Assembly (NCBI GenBank): GCA_965232515.1
Contig: CBDDPY010000002.1
Span: 7,040,001-7,104,000, forward strand
DNA from: Alphaproteobacteria bacterium
Lineage (GTDB): Bacteria; Pseudomonadota; Alphaproteobacteria; GCA-2731375
Direction of reading: 5' to 3'
Length of the DNA: 64,000 nucleotides
The notes beneath the pieces were generated by a model. The model saw only the letters and a list, made by a program, of their open reading frames with translations, did no database searches and was not told where the DNA came from. Positions 60,401-64,000 of the stretch are shown here, piece after piece. Both the position numbers and the translations under genes were made by a program. Numbering within the stretch: the stretch's first letter is position 1; the number at the start of each line of letters is the position of its first letter.

Positions 60401-61138
60401 TCCAACGCTGCCATCAGGATCCGGCAAGAGGGTGCAGGTACTGTTCTGACCGTCGACCTGGATCTTGCAACTGACCGTCGTGCCGCGAATGCCGACCGTC
60501 GCGACAGGCGTCTGCACGCGCATCGCGTCGGCGCCAGATGCGGCGATGCTGCCGGTCAAAAACGCGAATGTTCCCTGCAGCACCGACACAGCCATTGAGC
60601 CGCCGCCGTCGGGATTGAAGACGAGCTCGTTAAGCACCATGCGGGCGCTGTCCGAGAGGGTGAACAGCGTATCGTCGACGAACTTGATGCCGACCGCGCT
60701 GTCGCCAGTCGTTGTGATCGTGTCGTTCAGAAAAACCGGATCTCCGACCGTCAACGTGTCGGTGACGCCATTGGTGTGCGTGGCCTGTACCTGGCCGTCG
60801 AGTTCGACGACCTCACCAATCGGCTGCGCGCCTGGCGGCGGCGTTACCTGCGCCACCTGGGCCGGCGCCCGCGGGCCAACCAGAATTTCGACGATGTCGG
60901 CGGCCAGAATCGCGCCGTCCGCCGTCTGCAGCGAGGGCGCGCTGTCATAGGCGAAGTAGTTTCTGACGATGACGTCTGGACCAGCGTCGACCTTTATCAG
61001 CAGGTTGTCGTCGAGCCGAAGGAAAGTTGCCGAAAAAAGCGACGCGTCGAGGGGAACATCCACGGCAATGGTTGTGGATTTGACTTCCAAAACCACCGCA
61101 TCAGCCGGTCCGCCCAGGTGTGTGCCGTCCCGCAACAC
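36479..61138 (-). CDS. Giant 8,219-aa T1SS-secreted adhesin: BapA-like prefix, FecR-like domain, RTX repeats, cadherin/VCBS-like Ig repeats, lectin-like inserts, long beta-helical repeats and C-terminal RTX/secretion signal
   Basis: Uninterrupted ORF. FecR-like IGEVVELDGQV...QTPVATVGIRGTT; GGxGND repeats; NDxPVAxxD...DSFDYTISDG repeats; C-terminal GGDTFYY...DVIADFN...DLQVT. Flanked by tolC, ABC and MFP genes. Confidence 0.95.
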   Translation of the reverse strand: MLRDGTHLGGPADAVVLEVKSTTIAVDVPLDASLFSATFLRLDDNLLIKVDAGPDVIVRNYFAYDSAPSLQTADGAILAADIVEILVGPRAPAQVAQVTPPPGAQPIGEVVELDGQVQATHTNGVTDTLTVGDPVFLNDTITTTGDSAVGIKFVDDTLFTLSDSARMVLNELVFNPDGGGSMAVSVLQGTFAFLTGSIAASGADAMRVQTPVATVGIRGTTVSCKIQVDGQNSTCTLLPDPDGSVGLVSISNAAGQRILSEAFQSTEVVSFFATPGETFVIAPDEMRALFGGAVRILESQSGTRQRRGDIQEDGETQRAEAEDGDLTPEQLAGIAPAAGASETTIPAVSETLIAALEAFDPVADATVGAADDDQIAAGDPAATASSDDATTTTNGSTSEDQLVTTPPTGPTTFSGSPAADVIVGTDGDDQVDGFGGSDLLDGGAGNDVIAGGDDDDILIGGPGNDTLDGGSGNDRLTGGAGDDQVVGGPGDDVIVAGEGEGDDVYDGGPGTDTIIYPSAASGVEIDLAAGTASGLDVDSDELIAIENATGGPGNDTIAGDDAANVLDGAGGDDILIGRGGDDQLIGGAGNDQLTGGAGNDQLDGGDGDDIAVIGGSVDDSDVTITGVGTATIVGPDGTDTLTGIETIRFDDVDITLTGINNDPLGRDDSFTTNEATPLVTGNVLLDNGAGPDIDLDGDALTVTEVNGQSANIGSQIILASGALLTLNADGTFAYEPNGQFEDLGVGQSRDDSFDYTVSDGNGGTATVTATVTVTGVNDGPVAQADAFTTDEDSALIGGNVLADNGSGADADIDGDSLSIAEVNGDPADVGNQVALSSGALLTLNADGSFSYDPNGQFDGLDVGQTGSDSFDYTVSDGQGGFDSATVTITVTGANEVPIAQDDAFSTDEDTALAGGNVLADNGNGPDSDADDPLTVSAVNGSPADIGAQITLASGALLTLNADGSFAYDPNGQFDDLAVGQSRDDSFDYTISDGRGGSASATATVTVTGVNDAPVAQADGFTTDEDTALTSGNVLADNGNGPDSDVDSAVLTVSAVNGETADVGNQITLGSGALLTLNADGTFTYDPNGQFDSLTTGETANDSFQYTLSDNDGASDTATVDITITGAFDNTAPVAQPDAFTIDEDTALTGGSVLADNGSGADSDVDGDPLTVTEVNGQAAAVGSQIALASGALLTLNADGTFAYDPNGQFEDLGDGQSRDDSFDYTISDGNGGTATATATVTVTGVNDGPVALDDFFVTDENTPLTTENVLAGDGSGPDSDPEGDPLTVIAVNGQPADIGNPISLASGALLTLNADGTFTYDPNGQFDDLGVGSARSDSFDYTISDGNGGTATATATVTVTGVNNDPVARADAFVTDQNTLTAGNVLVDNGSGLDDDPDGDALTVSAVNGSAASVGVQIALASGALLTLNADGSFAYDPNGQFDDLPAGDTVIDSFDYTISDGNGGEATATASIGVTGLNDPPSSILLSNASVDENTPGAVVGTLTAIDPDTGDSHTFTVDDPRFEVVGDQLKLRDGVSLDFETEPTVTVQVTAQDSGGLTVTAGRLFDATQTGQDLIGNPDVTFNETGTISGSAIDFTSGDAGGDQFLFTYDLLPAADRDDVTVTIDIDYEPLTGDNDFIFGLLDGSNITAWERADNSAGSWFVREGVVNGNSVPTFAFVQGGLGAVEPFRLVYAIRNGGDTTMTITEGGDSFTFDFSNNPLNPDAPLTFFIARNDTNEDYRLNSLSITATTPGFTITVNDINDLPVAVDDTSADGAATSNLAAVDIDVLANDTDQDTGDVLEVIDIDTAFFDTQGQVTINPDGTVNYDPAGAFNALAPGETTTDSFRYTVSDGSGGEDSADVTVTITGAGTSTVTFTNGSGDGSWHTDANWDTGRTPIDGDDVVIPSGTGPVVYDTSTTNLNSLTAGDTVDVAAGTLTVATVANFDASAGLTLSGGAYGGPGGTSIAGNFIWSAGTLTGTGGVAVSGSTTVSGAGVKTLDATTLEISAGGIASVLSTTIGGVGTIDNQGDLALIGATLDANLTNQAALSAQRSTSLNGSVGNTATAILRIEGSSVDNARLIVGTGFTNDGIIELSNIFTGASGATLQILSGTLLNSVGGEIRSIAGTGGGGRTIIGSVDNQGALNIVTGLQIDNTSASFNNGGTVTVDGFLIVSNGGGSVSNSGLFDINANLTISNGSGTVSNTGTIDIAAGQTLAVNFGATTLAVGTVLLGTGTLNFNSGSALILDIDLTLTNGSVILDLGGVTVDGAGSLTNARDDFLLFGDTLNVPFVNQAGLIAQGGTAFGADFANTTTATLQIQGLNALDAQLQAFSGFTNDGVIELTNQNAGASGATLQIVTGTLVNSSTGVIRSLTGSSGGTREIIGAIDNQGLIVVSQFLVVSNNGADFANGGTLDVDANLTITNNGGTVSNSGLIDIAAGQSVVVAAGTVTNAIAGVIQGFGTLDVAGAAFTNAGALNPGTSAGGFTILGDYTQTADGVLNIELGGTAGGTFDLLTISGTATLAGTLNITLIGGFTPIAGDSFLVFDAAGTVGTFDTINGLNLGGGLLLDAVLDAPTGDLTLTVVTTGVVTFTNGTGDGSWHTAANWNAGVVPADGDDVIIPAGTGPVTYDTGTTNLGSLTVGDEVIVAAGTLTVAAVSNFDAGAGLTLSGGTFGGADNVNIDGSFDWTAGTLSGAGGFTVSGATTVSGAATKALAGKTLTLIGTSDISNATIGGSGTVDNQGTATIVSTTLGAAFENRGAATIAGTSALSGGGSNDALATLRLDAAFNNASLTLGDDFTNAGLIELTNTQSGVLRPASLSVNAGTLTNTGTVNILAGTGGGQRTLTGTIDNQGLIDADTDATISNNGAAFSNSGTLDVATGQTLTITGGSATFAAGTAFAGDGQLDFASVTLALPVDLTVPAASLSVELRSSTVNGPGRLINASDGLSLINTTVNPDFANQGIATVAGTSALSGGGSNDALATLRLDAAFNNASLTLGQDFTNAGLIELTNTQSGVLRPASLSVNAGTLTNTGTVNILAGTGGGQRTLTGTIDNQGLIDADTDATINNNGAAFSNSGTLDVATGQTMTITGGNATFAAGTAFAGAGQLDFASVTLALPVDLTVPAASLSVELRSSTVNGPGRLINESDDLSLINTDVVAGFENQGTTTVAGTSALSGGGSNDALATLRLDAAFNNASLTFGDDFANAGLIELTNTQSGVLRPVSLTVDSGTLTNTGTINVLAGTGGGQRTLTGTIDNQGLIDADTDATINNNGAAFSNSGTLDVATGQTMTITGGSATFAAGTDFAGDGQLDFASVTLTLPVDLTVPAASLSVELRSSTVNGPGRLINASDDLSLTNTDIAATFENQGTTTVAGTSALASGGSNDALATLRLDAAFNNSSLTFGDDFANAGLIELTNTQSGVLRPVSLTVDSGTLTNTGTISVLAGTGGGPRTLTGTIDNQGLIDVDTDLVFSIAGTTFDNAGTVDIAAGQTLDVNGGAFTNLDGGIIQGFGTLDAASATFTNSGTLNPGTSAGAFAIVGDYTQTATGVLNIELGGTFDVLTISGTATLAGTLNVSIIGGFTPTLGDSFLVFDAASTVGTFDAINGLGLGGGLLLDAVLNAGTGDLTLTVVATGVVTFTNGSGDGSWHTAANWDTGTVPVDGDDVIIPAGTGPVTYDTGVTNLGALSASDGVIVAAGTLNVDGTASFDAGANLTLSGGTYGGGGNATIDGNFDWTTGTLTGAGDFVVDGAATISGAGAKDLDGRVLTLVGTGSVTNASIDGTGTLAAAGSAVLTLTSSTISTIVSNAGTLTALASNTFAGAFSNESGAVLRVDGTDGTALSRLTVENGFTNDGLIELLNTHPNSRTVELDVTTATLVNAATGVIRGLDGGGGGGLLSLDGSVTNQGLIDVDADLTIDNNNATFTNVGTVDVAAGQTLTVSLGSTVLTPTSVLAGTGTLDLVNYDLTLQSDLTLVNGGIVVDLGNGTVNGPGRLINQTDGLTLRSDTVNAELVNQGTLTALASNTFAGAFSNESGAVLRVDGTDGTALSRLTVENGFTNDGLIELLNTHPNSRTVELDVTTSTLVNGATGVIRSLDGGGGGGLLSLDGSVTNQGLIDVDADLTIDNNNATFTNVGTVDVAAGKTLTVSLGSTVLTPTSVLAGTGTLDLVNYDLTLQSDLTLVNGGIVLDLGNGTVNGSGRLINQTDGLTLRSDTVNAELVNQGTLTALANNTFAGVFSNESGAVLRVDGTDGTALSRLTVENGFTNDGLIELLNTHPNSRTVELDVTTATLVNAATGVIRGLDGGGGGGLLSLDGSVTNQGLIDVDADLTIDNNNATFTNVGTVDVAAGQTLTVSLGSTVLTPTSVLAGTGTLDLVNYDLTLQSDLTLVNGGIVVDLGNGTVNGPGRLINQTDGLTLRSDTVNAELVNQGTLTALANNTFAGAFSNESGAVLRVDGTDGTALSRLTVENGFTNDGLIELLNTHPNSRTVELDVTTATLVNAATGVIRGLDGGGGGGLLSLDGSVTNQGLIDVDADLTIDNNNATFTNVGTVDIAASILLDVNGGTFDNLTAGVIQGFGTLDVAGTTFTSSGTLNPGTSAGVFAIVGDYTQTATGVLNIELGGTAGGSFDLLTISGTATLAGTLNVTLIGGFTPTLGDSFLVFDAANSVGTFDTINGLNLGGGLLLDAVLDAGTGDLTLTVVSSGVVTFTNGSGDGSWHTPANWNSGVVPVDGEDVIIPTGTGPVTYDTGATNLANLTNSDLLVVAGGDLSVSGGINTALATVRIESADSEATLTVASGFTNDGLIELTKSSSFFSPAALTGLTVSTGTLVNAGTILTTSGPGGPASGGERALTGAIDNQGLIDIDHRLTIDNTGTTFSNSGTIDVDAALTITNGTGTINNSGTIDIAAGRTLTVDGGTVSIATGTALLGGGTLTLDSYVLDLTADLTSDVSLDLSNGTVNGPGRLINAGADSRLAGDTINAEFVNQGFVTVEQSSNLAGLVTNAALATVRIESADSEVTLTVASGFTNDGLIELTKSSSFFSPAALTGLTVSTGTLVNAGTILTTSGPGGPASGGERALTGAIDNQGLIDIDHRLTIDNTGTTFSNSGTIDVDAGQTLDVNGGAFDNLAAGTIQGFGTLDVDGTTFANAGTLNPGTSAGTFAIIGDYTQTATGVLNIELGGTAGGSFDLLTISGTATLAGTLNVTLIGGFTPSLGDSFLVFDAANTVGTFDTITGLDLGNGLELAAVLDAGTGDLTLTVVNASGIVPGGASTAVQPIVPTETYLRVNADAGALPATAIALATLGISPGDIIALQRLGFYDHDNDGVETPQGILGVFSSSDTLLADNLLNRVPDARDAGRDFVTDNTANGDLPTDIAEDFFIETIVLTVPAGATHLFLSPDDDFFSDNSDPDGDLALRIDRPLVVGNSADADLVLGAGETQTETTAVLGFEAGTVGTLTVSGAGANFTLQETLIVGQRGTGLLDIGPGGTVTAHLVQVGLEASGSGVVDVAGAGAQLTLTGANNRMDVGRAGEGTLNVTNGGAVSAAAIDLGVEAGGSGTLLLDGAGSSIALSGQIRGVDGRLFDGNLRIGVDGSADATVQNGADLTITGQDISQFPAIQLARNTGSSGSFVIDGVGSSVTIQDSFDGDPLLFVGRAGDGAMEVRNGGSFTMTGFSGFVAVGRGDDDQTASVTPSTLLITSGGTFTVTDDDSVMHVGSLPNGTGAVTVDGTGGGATLTVEGFGIDVGNEGTGTLTVSNGGQVTAASLEAGDDAGGNGTITVTGTGSSVVTQGVDNTVRIGQFGTGTLTVQDGATIQTLFLEVGRDTGSDGTATITGPTTVVNVTNDTGRFSGDFDFEAGFVRVGREANSFGTLNVENGARLFIGPGQTTNTDTVGSGLQLGRNLDSDGTVIIDGAGSIIEIEDVNVPDRDIDEFGTFIQIGRVGNGTMVVRNGGEFRGNTVDGSVTVAAGNFDGSVGSTLGTLRIESGGQFNFTTDSGGLTVAGTENSGHVTDGAVVVTGLNSSLMVTGGSGFTFANIGVSGVGTLDVSQSASATFVTDQFTLGLSSNGDGAVTVTDAGSSLDVTGGNGVADIGFSGDGTLEVLNGATATFANTDIRIGGDFSGVGAVTVSGGGSSLTHGSGFEFTVADAGVGNVTVSQGATVTVMSDQFAIGQSFNGTGSLTVTGAGSSFNYTGGTLTSIGASGDGLLSVLAGGSATFANTDVSIGRNAGGIGTVFVSGSGSSFTDTGGFDSDTTLVGQLGAGTLTVQDGGTANVEFMQIGRLAGSNGTVTVTGAGSTLNAAGLDNLNASSFLHIGLAGTGTVNVLNGGQVLLADNGGSFVGFAAGGTLFSDNSTLTGGTGTVNIDGAGSLLQAAGSSAIASVGLFDTGTLNITNGGDLVLDGQTTKANFLIGRAAGSNGQASVSGAGSTLSVLGNGSELAVGLQGSGALTIDQGGLVTVASNGATTIGREAGADGTVTITGDPGGGSPVISRLMAGTDLVVGQDFNGTPLGPGTGGTGTLIVNDFGVAQAESISIGSGGLVSGTGTLDGDVAFAGGRMSPGASFGTLTVTGDFDLAGGFLDLEFGANAATDLDQVAVGNAIAVAGGTLNVSFTAQPLAAASYNFILDNASLGTSAADLSVLVSGVTSAFDFEIQDSSSDGLSFVINGDPTLGNAIRLEGGTADDVAIGGDGDDRLFGGAGNDFLDGGRGTTNILDGGADDDRLESFGFQDILTGGSGADQFEFRVAKLSPFAIGGHTITDFTPGQDIIELVGFETNDPNDVLAGITTDLNGDAVIDGGAGQFPITLQGVTPAELSAGDFLLRVTASGGVSTNGSLNVFVGTSTTETGVLNVTGGADFATAALTIGTDPGNMTGTVNVTGPNTKVSLDATFNRLEIGQAGTGSMTISGGANVDAAVPVAGIEGGTFVGNAAGSNGTLTITGAGSRLDTTSFFAVGSAAVFTNAGSGFDLGTPGGQTVAVVNVLDGGFLNTIGGGVSQGPGGNDFLGTESTIATVNIDGLDSRWVNGGFLQVGEGDNATGTINVTNGGVFLGTGAVFGEAAGASGNLLVDGAGSLFDAGGFFGMARADVFTPAGSGFTQGAAGENATATVEVRNGGTINSSGGRLSQGPFGDGFDGTELTTATVTVTGNGSTWSDTGFFTIGDGANATATVDILSGGTMDLRSGHIGSAAGATTNVTIDGVGSALSFSEFANIGIAEVFTQAGSGFVQGTPGGAVTVTLHVLNGATLDLNDSTVSRARGFSDDSTGSETSDVTINVDGTGSLWDNDGFLRVSETTNSSAQINVTNGALLGTAGTDIAIDTGSSATILIDGASWANTANALDIGLSGTADVTLRNGASFVNNGEFRTAFATGENSNATLTIESGSTWTNNSGFVEFAGDNTANAGNAVVNISGTGSQFNAAGTVTTGVSFVRVGRAGDATVNITNGGTFAIQDATSDPFPGMNIADYRDGVPGVGGTSTVNVDGQGSSLTVSGNSGSINVGRFGADSIGRLNITDGGVVQGVGQDGLVFMSVGRDGATGDILVSGRDVLDNPSTLRLSGVDAVDDDSAFLTVGRSGGTGTLTVSDGGLVEILAPADAVNSPGFQAGLDAGSTGTINVQGAGSLLRLSNDGVNPFVSIGRQGDGFLNVTDGGRIEVNREVDAEFFGQFHIGGSFETENMNPANGVAVVSGAGSEIAMTGSADSLVAVGTGSGSTGSLTVENGGSVSAKVMLIGNPNGTGTVVVDGATVALGGIINTGASVGFGGGLAVGRGGTGTLTLTNAAQLNINSTGDAGGFSLGGTSSEPGGDGAMTVTGGSTVRINGTGNSVTIGRTGNGDMTVNGGSIVDVTFGEVSPGVASTGGTFVGTFAGSSGTLLISGVGTQFLAGDVLGIGVDPDLNPGGTGSVTVSDQALLQATDIFIGADGSLIGNTGGVIQGNVTNDQGGVFQPGASPGTALIDGDFTLSGGTLEIELAGTEAGAYDLIEVSGSVDLTSGLLDIVLLDGYLPQAGDSIQFLSAAQGLDAIVDSLSVAITGAADGFSFDFDYLDGGVVFTALNDAFAADRTALHGGDADDAYDGGDGDDSLDGGAGNDMLFGSAGDDWLTGGAGADMLSGGVGGDTFYYRVTGDGGDVIADFNAVEGDTIALDGASFALTEIDDGNFSVIGAEYDGTNGNSDAYLAGDPSLLADAAGNLIYDPNGEADGYTIVAQVPGADLKANDLQVT
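47475..49713. repeat. 621-bp (207-aa) near-identical tandem repeats, about 3.6 copies
   Basis: Shadow ORFs start at 48009, 48630 and 49251. The unit DGTDGTALSRLTVENGFTNDGLIELLNTHPNSR occurs four times. Confidence 0.92.
50745..52860. repeat. About 609-bp (203-aa) tandem repeats, about 3.5 copies
   Basis: Shadow ORFs start at 51392, 52001 and 52610. The unit LRLDAAFNNxSL...ELTNTQSGVLRP occurs four times. Confidence 0.9.
56690..59165 (-). repeat. Seven tandem cadherin-like/VCBS Ig repeats of about 117 aa
   Basis: Repeated GNVLADNGxGxDxDxDG...LxSGALLTLNADGxFxYDPNGQFxxL...DSFDYTxSDG. Confidence 0.88.
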
Positions 61139-61324
61139 ACGCCCCCCATTCGTCAGCCGCCGGTTTGCCGGATGTCACAGCAACTCCGGTTCTCATGTGA
61201 ATGCGTCCCGGCAGCATCGAAGCGGGTTTGCCCAACGCCCGACCCTTTGACTGCCGCGACACACTTACGCCAACGGCAGGAAAATTATCGGACGCAACCG
61301 ATCGTGGTGTCAATTCATGATTGA

Positions 61325-61339
61325 TTAACCATGTGTTAT
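61325..61339. promoter_or_regulatory. Possible CtrA-type box in the AT-rich region upstream of the adhesin
   Basis: TTAA-CCATGTG-TTAT has one mismatch to TTAA-N7-TTAA and contains TTAACCAT. Confidence 0.3.
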
Positions 61340-61520
61340 TAGCGCTTGCCTAGATTTGGACTATTAGGCGAAGATAAAATACTAGTACTTCTAATTATTT
61401 GCTTTGAGTTCCAGGATTTATCGCTGTAACCGTTGTGATTTTTGCAGCACTTCCTGACCGTTCACATTATCGTCAGGCGGTTGCGGGCTGGTTCGCACTG
61501 GACACGATCAGTGGCTGCGA

Positions 61521-62864
61521 TCAGCGAGAAACGCGCGTGGGTAGTTGCAATATCTCCGGCTTAAGGCGACCCATTGCGCTCAGCAAAGAGTAAGTGGCAA
61601 TCCGCGCATCGTAGCTTGCGTTCACGGAGTTGATCTGTGCGTTGTACAATTCAGTCTCTGCGTCCAGCACGTTGATCGCAGATTCCTGTGCTGCTTCGCG
61701 CAGCCGTTTGCGCGCCTCGAACACCTCGCTGGCGATGTTGACCGCGTTCTGCAGGAGTTCGACCCGTTCGCGCGCAGTTTCTAGACGCGTCCATGTGATC
61801 CGGACGTTCTCCGCAACACGGCGCTGGGAATTCGAAAGCGTCGCGATCTGCTCGGAGTACCGCGCAGATGCTTGCGCGACCCGGGCCCGTGTGGCCCAGC
61901 CTGAAAAGAGATTCCAAGTCAGCCTGACCAGCAGGGACGCTTCACGTCTGATGTCGCGAACGCCCTCGACGTCGTCCTCCCAATTCGCCCTGCCGACCAG
62001 GTCTACGCGAGGGAAGTATCCGCTCCGCGCCACCGTTCGCTGACGATCGGCGACGTCGACGTCACGCTCGCTGCCGATCACGTCGGGATTTTCCTTAAGG
62101 GCGATGTCGACCGCTTCATTCACACCGCCTGGCAGCAGCTCAACCGGCGGGATGGGCTCGACCATGTCGGCAATCTGCGGCGGTCGATCGAATACCTCGT
62201 TGTAGTCGGTCTGGGCTTCCCTCAGTAGGCCCTGAAACGCGACGCGCTGCTCCTTCGATATCTGCAGCCGCGTTTTTGCCAGGAGGACATCGACTGTAAT
62301 GCCACCGCCGCGGCGGACGCGCTCGTCTTCAAGGTTGAGCTGCCGCGCGATCGTTGCTTCGTTGGCCCGCGCCAGGTCTACCAACCGGGTTTGACGCAGG
62401 ACATTGTGATACGCCACCACCCCCTCGAGCAGAATTCGTTGTGTTGTCGATTCCAATGCCTGTTCCGCCGACTGCTGGCTGAGGTTCGCGGCATCGAGGC
62501 TTGCCGTTCGATCGAAACCGTCGAACAGGTTCTGGGTAACGTCGAGCGTCGCCAGATCGCGATTGGTGCTGAGCGGGCTGTCATTCGCGGTGCGCAGAGC
62601 CGGGCTGTCGGTGTACTCGTAGCCGGTATCACCGGAAAGATCGACTTGCGGCAGAAATCTGGAGAACGCCTCATCGACGGCGCCTTTGGCATTCAACACT
62701 CTGTTTCGCGCCGCTTGGATTTCGGGATGGGCGTCGAGCAGCGTTGCCAGTTCGTCTTCCAATGTCTGGCCGACGACTGTTTGACACGTACCAAATGCTA
62801 GAACTGCGCAAATTCCCCCAACAAATACCAGCCGCACGGAGCCCCCCTTCATTGGCTTAGCCAA
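61521..62864 (-). CDS. tolC: TolC-family outer membrane protein
   Basis: Signal peptide, HPEIQAA, FLPQVDL, VTQNLFDGF, YFPRVDL, LTWNLFSG, VLDAETEL. The start may be the ATG at 62852. Confidence 0.93.
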   Translation of the reverse strand: MAKPMKGGSVRLVFVGGICAVLAFGTCQTVVGQTLEDELATLLDAHPEIQAARNRVLNAKGAVDEAFSRFLPQVDLSGDTGYEYTDSPALRTANDSPLSTNRDLATLDVTQNLFDGFDRTASLDAANLSQQSAEQALESTTQRILLEGVVAYHNVLRQTRLVDLARANEATIARQLNLEDERVRRGGGITVDVLLAKTRLQISKEQRVAFQGLLREAQTDYNEVFDRPPQIADMVEPIPPVELLPGGVNEAVDIALKENPDVIGSERDVDVADRQRTVARSGYFPRVDLVGRANWEDDVEGVRDIRREASLLVRLTWNLFSGWATRARVAQASARYSEQIATLSNSQRRVAENVRITWTRLETARERVELLQNAVNIASEVFEARKRLREAAQESAINVLDAETELYNAQINSVNASYDARIATYSLLSAMGRLKPEILQLPTRVSR

Positions 62865-63811
62865 TTTGGCAGATCATTGATTCGGTCCGCAACCCATTGG
62901 TGCAGACGATATACACCATCAATTCGCTTGTCACGATTATTGCTCGAGGCTTTGGGCTCTACGCCGGCATTCGAGGGCCCGAAAAGCGTCGGTGTGGATC
63001 CTCGGAAATGCGGCGCAATCCCAGGGGCAAAGCAAGCGGACAGAGAACATCATCGACCGATGAGAAGAAGAGATCTTGATGTCGCGGCCACGCGCCTGCT
63101 GTTGGTCACCGGTGGTATCGAGATCGACAGAGGGCAAGAATCATCAAATCCACTGCGTCGAGCGCAAGCAGAAAAACTGCGCATGCGTTGCGCTCGGGGA
63201 CCGTTATTCATCGAAGCTCGAGGAAGGACCCGTTTCGCATCGCCAGCTGTCAGCGCGACTTGCCGCAGCACAGCAGCGGGTTGCCGTTGATCGGATCTCT
63301 GCTGCGGCACGCAAAACTTGAGACGGGCCAACGAATTCATGAGCTTTGCCGCAGATGCCACACATTTCGTGAAAACACAGCAATGAATCAAAGGCATATG
63401 TGCGAAATCCAGTATTAGGATCTTGGCGTTGGTGCTGTGACAGCGCGGCATCCGATCCTAGGGGATTGAACTGCAAGGCGGATCATATGCCGCGGCTGTG
63501 GCGGCTCTCGTGCGGCAGCCTGCGAACCTGCGGCATAGCGATGCCTAGCTACCGGGTCGTCGATAGCGTTCCGTGATCTCGCTTTCCGGCCCGCGTTAAA
63601 GAAGCGATGACATTTGCCGGCCATTCATCTGTGCAGATGACGATGGATCGTTACGGCCACCTTTTTTCCTTCTGCGGATCATCACCTCGGCATGGACAAG
63701 GTCGAAGCCCGACTACTCGGTTGAGCGCAACACCACCGCGATACGGCATGGCTTTCGATCGCTAAGTGGCTGAAATGCCAGCGTGAAATCCCAAGAAAGG
63801 TGGGCTTTAGT

Positions 63812-63851
<40 letters not shown>

Positions 63852-64000
63852 ATCATCAGCAACCACAACACGCGACACCACTGGCCCGGCGCCATGTCCG
63901 GCCAGCACATGGCCGTGCCTGCAGGGTGCCCGATGCGGCGGCGGTGCGACATCGGGCGAGACGGTCGGCGCGGCGAATGCCAGAATGATGAGCTGAAAAC

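Noticed and set aside
36419-61324. Many long plus-strand ORFs such as 40445-42202, 54155-55987 and 57827-60163
   Set aside because: Antisense shadows of the 8,219-aa adhesin.
61430-61470. CRP-like cAMP-responsive site upstream of the adhesin
   Set aside because: TGTGA and TCACA half-sites are present but not at the required 6-nt spacing.

Overview
High-GC DNA, probably alphaproteobacterial, made up of two type I secretion (T1SS) loci and a small integrative element. Direct-repeat 3' fragments of an initiator tRNA-Met punctuate the window at about 30.7, 30.9 and 63.8 kb. Locus 1 (1-24.7 kb, mostly minus strand) reads hlyB-hlyD-[REP cluster]-hlyC-type acyltransferase-low-GC lipoprotein-giant RTX protein. 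The RTX protein is over 5,589 aa, runs off the left edge and is missing from the ORF track. Its N-terminus is a low-GC lipase-like domain, followed by a hydrophobic Gly/Ala region, an FrpC-type self-processing-like module, RTX repeats and six seven-bladed propeller modules. A TPR-glycosyltransferase is transcribed divergently. This looks like a T1SS-delivered, acylated polymorphic toxin with an upstream immunity lipoprotein. The middle (24.8-30.7 kb) is a minimal phage-satellite-like element: integrase, hypothetical protein, AlpA/Xis-like HTH, primase-VirE, candidate origin and a cos-like site. Locus 2 (31-63 kb) reads tolC-8,219 aa adhesin-ABC-MFP-CHASE2 adenylate cyclase. The adhesin has an N-terminal FecR-like domain and a LapA-like PAAG motif, suggesting a retained adhesin coupled to cAMP signalling. 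Most plus-strand ORFs in the track are antisense shadows. All domain calls are by-eye motif recognition, with no database searches.
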